Origin: Octopus bimaculoides
Taxonomy: Eukaryota
Length of the DNA: 44,614 bases
Direction: 5' to 3'
Assembly: GCF_001194135.2 (NCBI RefSeq)
Contig: NC_068982.1
Coordinates: 139,371,879 to 139,416,492 of the forward strand
A model generated the notes under the pieces. That model worked only from the letters and a program-made list of their open reading frames with translations, was not told where the DNA came from and searched no databases. This document shows positions 38,172 through 44,614 of this stretch, piece by piece. The position numbers and the translations under genes are program-made. Each line of letters starts with the position of its first letter. Within the stretch, counting starts at the first letter, position 1.

Positions 38172-38988
38172 TGTGTGTGTGTTTGTGTGTGTCTATACTT
38201 TATATAACTATGCCTAGGAACCTGAGCAGGTATCGCCAAGTTTTTGGCAAAATTTTATACAGATTCTCAGCTCTCAAGTTTCTCTGTCATGGTCAATGCG
38301 ACGATCACACGCTACACACCTTCCCTCCAAGTACTGCTGTAAACAGCTGAAGTGAGCTAGCTAGAATGTTAGTGCAAATGCACAGCAGATATCAAGGTCA
38401 ATCTGTGCCAAGCAGCTTTACTCTGCGGGCTTAAGTTTCATTATTCTGGCAACAATCCGAATACTTATTGATCAGAACTCGTATGTATATGGATATATGT
38501 GACCGTGTCTCTGCGACTGTGTACAAGTGAGTCAGAACGTAAAGCTATTTCTCGATAACCAAATTCTACTCTGTTTTGTTTACTACTAACTTCTAAACCA
38601 TTCATCCTTGTTAAGTTGGAATGTGGTTCTTTCTTATTTATGATATTTTAGGTATTCAGTCTTCTTTTTTTTTCTTCTATATATCCTTACTAAATTTATT
38701 TACCGCTTTCTTTCTCTCATTATCTCAGTGATAAAGAAAAAAACAATAACCATCTTTCTTTGACAACTAATCAAAGAATGTTCTCCTAAATTTATACATA
38801 GCTCTCATTTGGCACTGTCAACTAACAGACACTTGGTAAATAACAATGGAGTGAATTATGTTTTTTTTTTTGAAGATCTCACTTTTGAATGTGGTTATGT
38901 AATCGCATGCACAACGATAACTGCATAACATACTAATATGCCACAGTGAAACACTTACAAGTCTGATGTAGTTTATGCTGTCCGCTCT

Positions 38989-39020
<32 letters not shown>

Positions 39021-39800
39021 NNNNNNNNNNNNNNNNNNNNNNNNNNNNNNNNNNNNNNNNNNNNNNNNNNNNNNNNNNNNNNNNNNNNNNNNNNNNNNNN
39101 NNNNNNNNNNNNNNNNNNNNNNNNNNNNNNNNNNNNNNNNNNNNNNNNNNNNNNNNNNNNNNNNNNNNNNNNNNNNNNNNNNNNNNNNNNNNNNNNNNNN
39201 NNNNNNNNNNNNNNNNNNNNNNNNNNNNNNNNNNNNNNNNNNNNNNNNNNNNNNNNNNNNNNNNNNNNNNNNNNNNNNNNNNNNNNNNNNNNNNNNNNNN
39301 NNNNNNNNNNNNNNNNNNNNNNNNNNNNNNNNNNNNNNNNNNNNNNNNNNNNNNNNNNNNNNNNNNNNNNNNNNNNNNNNNNNNNNNNNNNNNNNNNNNN
39401 NNNNNNNNNNNNNNNNNNNNNNNNNNNNNNNNNNNNNNNNNNNNNNNNNNNNNNNNNNNNNNNNNNNNNNNNNNNNNNNNNNNNNNNNNNNNNNNNNNNN
39501 NNNNNNNNNNNNNNNNNNNNNNNNNNNNNNNNNNNNNNNNNNNNNNNNNNNNNNNNNNNNNNNNNNNNNNNNNNNNNNNNNNNNNNNNNNNNNNNNNNNN
39601 NNNNNNNNNNNNNNNNNNNNNNNNNNNNNNNNNNNNNNNNNNNNNNNNNNNNNNNNNNNNNNNNNNNNNNNNNNNNNNNNNNNNNNNNNNNNNNNNNNNN
39701 NNNNNNNNNNNNNNNNNNNNNNNNNNNNNNNNNNNNNNNNNNNNNNNNNNNNNNNNNNNNNNNNNNNNNNNNNNNNNNNNNNNNNNNNNNNNNNNNNNNN

Positions 39801-40060
39801 GTATATTGCCACTTAAGTGTGGCTGACCCCTAGGGGTGGATGTTACTGTTGCTTTTAGCCCCAGGAGGACATCTCCTCCAGCTGGCTTATCGACACACTA
39901 CTGTGTCCTGTTTGCCAAGGGAAGTTATCCCTCTCACCATGATCTGTAGCACGAACGGATCTGGATTTCAGGGTCATTTCCCTTCGTCGGCGTTCGATAG
40001 CCACTGACCTTGGTGAGAGAGACAAAATCCTGGCAATCTTATATCTACTTTTCCAGTGAA
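39801..40060 (-). mobile_element. hammerhead-bearing element (PLE pseudo-LTR or retrozyme-like), 3' end lost in N gap
   Basis: GC-elevated and highly self-complementary, contains the hammerhead at 39952-39996, and shares motif blocks with 12540-12612. Confidence 0.7.
39952..39996 (-). ncRNA. minimal type I hammerhead ribozyme (U4C core variant)
   Basis: Minus strand: stem I CGAACG - core CCGACGA - stem II AGGG-aaatga-CCCT - GAAA - T-ccag-A - TC - stem I CGTTCG. Predicted cleavage is after AUC (between 39958 and 39957). Confidence 0.85.
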
Positions 40061-40098
40061 AAGCAAGCTACTTAGCCCATAGCTACTCCTGTGCCTAT
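40061..40098 (-). mobile_element. isolated SINE 5' head fragment
   Basis: ATAGGCACAGGAGTAGCTATGGGCTAAGTAGCTTGCTT; similar to the head fragment at 23532-23562 (GCGCAGGAGTGGCTTTGTGGTAAGTAGCTTG). Confidence 0.65.
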
Positions 40099-40108
40099 AA
40101 ATGTATTG

Positions 40109-40175
40109 CGCCCAACGTGGTGTTCGAACCCACGATCCCGGGCTTAAGAATCTCGTGCTCTACCGACTGAGCTAG
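40109..40175 (-). pseudogene. tRNA-Lys(CTT) pseudogene
   Basis: CTAGCTCAGTCGGTAGAGCACGAGATTCTTAAGCCCGGGATCGTGGGTTCGAACACCACGTTGGGCG aligns to eukaryotic tRNA-Lys(CTT). The first 6 acceptor-stem bases are replaced by a TACA repeat, with mismatches in the anticodon stem and T stem; no encoded CCA. Confidence 0.92.
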
Positions 40176-40392
40176 ATGTATGTATGTAGGTATGTATGTG
40201 TGCATGTACGCATGTTTGTGTAAGTATATGCATATGTAAATGCAATTAATGAGCCAGGACAGAATCGTATCTAATTGAACAGCTCTTTCAACGATTTGAA
40301 TACGGAGACTAAAAGTATTCAGGTCTCATTATTTCTCTTTATTGAGATTAGCAGAATGATTACTATGGACTCAACTGTGAGGTAGGTGGTAC

Positions 40393-40393
<1 letters not shown>

Positions 40394-40436
<43 letters not shown>

Positions 40437-40594
40437 NNNNNNNNNNNNNNNNNNNNNNNNNNNNNNNNNNNNNNNNNNNNNNNNNNNNNNNNNNNNNNNN
40501 NNNNNNNNNNNNNNNNNNNNNNNNNNNNNNNNNNNNCTGTCAATCTATCTGTCTGTCTGCCTGTCTGCCTGTCTGTTTGTCTGTCTCTCTCTCC

Positions 40595-40627
<33 letters not shown>

Positions 40628-40825
40628 TATCTATCTATTTATCTACCAGTTCGTATGTCTATGTCTGTCTGTCTATCTATCTATCTGTTTGTCTGTATGT
40701 CTGTCTGTCTGCCTAACTCACCTTCTCTCTCTCTCTCTCTCTCGCTCTCTCTCTCTATCTATCTATCTATCTATCTATCCGTCTGTCTATCTTTCTATCT
40801 ATCTATCTATCTATCTATCTATTTT

Positions 40826-40904
<79 letters not shown>

Positions 40905-40930
40905 GTCTTTATGTCTGTCTGTCTCTCTAT
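40394..40930. repeat. compound (TATC)n/(TGTC)n/(TC)n/(TTTC)n microsatellite field with internal gap
   Basis: Direct reading. Confidence 0.98.
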
Positions 40931-42692
40931 CTGATTGTTCTCCTAGCTGTCTATTGGTCTATCTTTTTGTATATATATCATCCTAGATTTCAGAGATTCA
41001 TAAATCAATACATTTTGTAAGACCACCTCCTATAATCTCCAGCAACATATAAATATTTTCAATTTATATTTAACAATTCTTGTTTCGTTAATTTTTCAGT
41101 CTTGTCTTTTTTTCAGTAACGTTGTATTTTCTGTAATAGTTGTCCTGAGGAAACATGGAAATAGTTTCACTTCGATGTTTTAGAGTGAAGAGGCTGTTTA
41201 TATTTCATTTATTCATGCATATAGAATATATAGCATCACCTGGCAAGTCCTGCAATGTTCCTAGTGTTGTCAGGCAATTCTTGTCAAAGTTTGGCACAAT
41301 TTCTTTGCTAAACTAACTGATTTTTGGCACGAATTCCAATATTGTTTCATACCAAGGGAAGAATCATGTATATATATGTATATGTAGCTGATCAATCTGA
41401 AAGAAAATATCAGATCTGTTTATCGAGGTGTAAAGCAATGGAGAGAAATATGTAAAAATTTTGTGTGGGGGTTGGAACGAGAAAAGGTGGGGGGGGGGGG
41501 TGATAAAGAGAAGGAGAAGAAATGGAATAATAGTAAGGGGGATAATGTAAAATGAGAAGGTGCGGAATGATAAAGAAGTGGTAATGGGTGAGAATGTTGG
41601 TATTGACGATGGAAATGAAGATGCCATACTTAAAAATAAGACAAAAACCACTAAATTTTAGAATGTGAAGAAAGGAAAGAAAGAGCAGGTAGAATAAAAC
41701 TATATAGGCATGTAAAAGAAAATATTTGGTATGTGGATATTGACCTGTTAAATACAAAGATGAATAGATAAAAGGAAAACTATTGACGAAATGCATAAAA
41801 ATGTGAGAAAATTAAAGAGGGAAAGAGAGAAACACATGCACATAGAGTTATATGTTTGATCAATGTTGTTAAAATATTCTTTATAATGCTTTCTGCTTGA
41901 GTGTGACAAACGATAAAACAACTATCACATTTATAATACACTTTTATGGAGACGCTTTCCAACTTTCTCTCCTGTGTTTGATAGAAAACAGCGTCTGATC
42001 TTTAGTTGGTTGATTAAAGGAAGAGTTTCTACCGAGTTGCTCGGACCGTAAGAATCAGAGTTCAAATATTCATGAAACACGTCTCTGACATCTTAAAAAA
42101 CATAAAGGGGGAATTATACATTGAGAAATTCAATCCTAAACACATTCGGCCGAATAAAAGAAAATGGCTGCGTAAAAAGGCAACAAATGGAACAACGATC
42201 AAACAAGAAAAACTGAAAGAGTAAACCACAACCATCAATATCCATATTAAGGTTAGGTATAAGAAAATTACAGGTGATATTTCCTCTCAAAATAGATCTA
42301 CTAACTTCAAATTAGCTAAGAATAAACTAGAGAGAAATCTTTCATATGGAAACCGACCTCATAGAGCATAAATCTTTACATAAACTTAATTTATATTACA
42401 AAACCACTTGTATGTTCCCTGCCGCTAAGAACAATTTTAAAACACAGCAAAAATCCGAAAGGTGTATAAGCATTTACCATAAAATAAGCATATATATATA
42501 ATTATATATATATATATANNNNNNNNNNNNNNNNNNNNNNNNNNNNNNNNNNNNNNNNNNNNNNNNNNNNNNNNNNNNNNNNNNNNNNNNNNNNNNNNNN
42601 NNNNNNNNNNNNNNNNNNNNNNNNNNNNNNNNNNNNNNNNNNNNNNNNNNNNNNNNNNNNATATATAGATATATATATATAATTATAATTAA

Positions 42693-42910
42693 GGGTATCT
42701 AAAAGATACCATCATGCTAGATATAGCAGTCAAAACTTGACTCTAAAATCACATCAAATATTCATACAGCACCAGGAGAGAAGACAATAATTTTTTGTTA
42801 CTTTATTTTGTCTCTTTGTCTTCTCTCCTGGTACTGTATGAATTGTTGATGTGGTTTTACAGTCAAGATTTGACTGCTATCTCTAGCATGATGGTATCTT
42901 TTAGATACCC
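42693..42910. mobile_element. 218-bp palindromic MITE with TTAA target duplication (Kolobok-like termini)
   Basis: 95-bp arms at 42693-42787 and 42816-42910 with 7 mismatches and a 28-bp spacer; TTAA|GGGTATCT...AGATACCC|TTAA. Confidence 0.85.
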
Positions 42911-43060
42911 TTAATCATAATTTTAATTATAATTATTACTTATGAGATTGTTATTCCCATGCCCGAAAATCCACAAAATCCGGAGAGTTAGGTGAGCGTT
43001 CCCTGAAGGAAGAGAGTATGACTGTTTTAGTATAGACATTCTTCCAAACTGCATCAGTAC

Positions 43061-44614
43061 AAATTTTGTTGTTGTCTGCCCATTGACTCACAGCATATAC
43101 ATCAGACTGGAGTTGAGTTCGGTCATCTTCTTCATTGATGATTTGCTGGAGCTTAGTGTCATCAGCAAATATTTTCACTTTGCAGTGATTTACGACGCTG
43201 GAAAGGTCCTTTATGTAAATTATAAAGAGGTGCGGGCCCAAGACAATCCCCTGAGGTACACCAGTGGTGACTTATACTGGGCTTGAGTGGACTCCATCGA
43301 CCACAACTTCTTGTATTCTATTCGTCAGAAAATACTTAATCCAGTGTAGACGTTTTCCACGGATTGCAACATTTCCCAATATTGAGAATAAGATATTATG
43401 GTCAACCCTGTCGAACGCTTTACTGAAGTCAAGATATATGACATCAGCATTCGAACCTGTTCCCAAGGCTTTAAGTTTATCTTCAATGTGGTGTAAGAGC
43501 TGTGTTAGACAGTCCCTGCCACAGCGAAAGCCAGGCATTTAGGAGTGTGTGGGTCTCCAGGAAGTCAGATATCCTTGATCTTATCACTTTAATGATGTTG
43601 GATGTAAGTCAAATCGGGCGATAGTTGACTGCGAAGGATCTATTTCCCTGTTTGAAAACAGGGATGACACACTGGGATAGGAGCTGTTTCGGTATATAAC
43701 CTGAGTCTAAAGAATTTCTCCAGAGGTTGGTCAGAGCGACTGCAAGTTGATGTTTACATTCCTTCAGGAGACTTGCGGGGTATCTATAAGGGCCTACCGC
43801 AGAATAGTATTTGATCTCATTTTTTGCTGCTATGATATCCGAGGCATTGAAGGTTATGTCCGAAATTTTGTGCTGGCAATGAACTTCGTTCGCTTCCTGT
43901 CAATATCAGTGGGATCACTAAAGACAACATCGTGTTCGGGAATGCCGTTATCATCAATCAATGGCCCAATGGGTGAGACAGCGGTTCTATGCTCATTTGC
44001 ATAAGAATAGAACACTTTGGGATCTGTTTGATGTTTTTGATTACCCACAGTTCCTCCGCAGGTCTTTGATTTTCAATGGAGGTTTTCATGTCGGTCTGCC
44101 GATGAAGTTTGTCCATATACAGCCTTTTCATTGTTGTTGAATGTGGATGTTGTATGTGGGAGTATTTTAATTGGTTGAATTTTGATTGAGTCTTTTGATG
44201 CGCCTGATGAGTGTTTTTGTTTTCTTTTTAGGGAGCCGGATTCTGCTTGTGTCAGTGGATTTCGTAGAAGTGTGTTTTGAGTATGTATAGGTGACAATGT
44301 TCTCAAAGTGTTGCCATACGGTCTCAACGTCAGTGGAACTGAGAGTGAAAGGCCAATCGATGTAAGACAGATCCCTTCTGATTGCTCCCCAGTCCGCTTT
44401 GTGGAAGCTTATGTTGTCCAATGAGTGCCGTGGAGTGGGAATGGCTGGTTTGGTTTTGATATGCTGGGAATTAAAATTGCAGAGTATCGTGTCGTGGTCT
44501 GAGAGGAGACTTTTTTCAACTGAAATAATGTGGACGGAGCTAGAGTGGTTGGTTAATATTAGATCCAAGATCGTTTTATTCTGTCTTGTTGGTTCTTCTC
44601 TAAATTATTAATAT
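43061..44614 (-). mobile_element. CR1-clade LINE ORF2 pseudogene (APE endonuclease C-terminus through RT)
   Basis: DLILTN..LSDH..KADW, PKVFYSYAN..IGPL, IPVFKQGNRS..NYRPI, GFRCGRDCLTQLL, DVIYLDFSKAFDRVDH, TGVPQG.VLGPHLFIIYIKDL, FADDTKL, QWADNN. Many stops and frameshifts; continues past the window end. Confidence 0.95.

Noticed and set aside
39952-40011. HDV-like pseudoknot on the plus strand (CGAACG/CGTTCG, AGGGTCA/TGACCTT)
   Set aside because: No GG for P1.1, no canonical J4/2 and no G at the P1 start; the pairings are better explained as the antisense of the hammerhead.
40109-40181. Functional tRNA-Lys gene
   Set aside because: The 5' acceptor strand is missing, with two mismatches in the anticodon stem and one in the T stem; called a pseudogene instead.

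Overview
Eukaryotic, AT-rich, repeat-dominated scaffold with 16 N gaps (about 6 kb) and dense (TA)n/(CA)n/(TATC)n/(AG)n microsatellites. The SINE families present look like those I recall from octopus genomes, so the source is probably Octopus; this is inference, not a database result. No host protein-coding gene could be supported, and most ORFs in the supplied track are microsatellite or gap artefacts. Recognisable content is a transposon graveyard: two decayed mariner transposons, three MITEs, a Tx1/L1-type LINE fragment with open frames, two CR1-type fragments, an RTE fragment, two Penelope-like elements (PLEs) of different clades lying back-to-back, many tRNA-derived SINE pieces and a tRNA-Lys(CTT) pseudogene. 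The most interesting signal is a minimal type I hammerhead ribozyme on the minus strand (39952-39996) at the tip of a long rod-like hairpin. A second rod-like hairpin with a decayed hammerhead (12729-12877) shares a conserved 3' segment with it. Together they suggest a PLE-pseudo-LTR or retrozyme-like family, and a third hammerhead-like relic sits in a neighbouring direct/inverted repeat (11969-12430).
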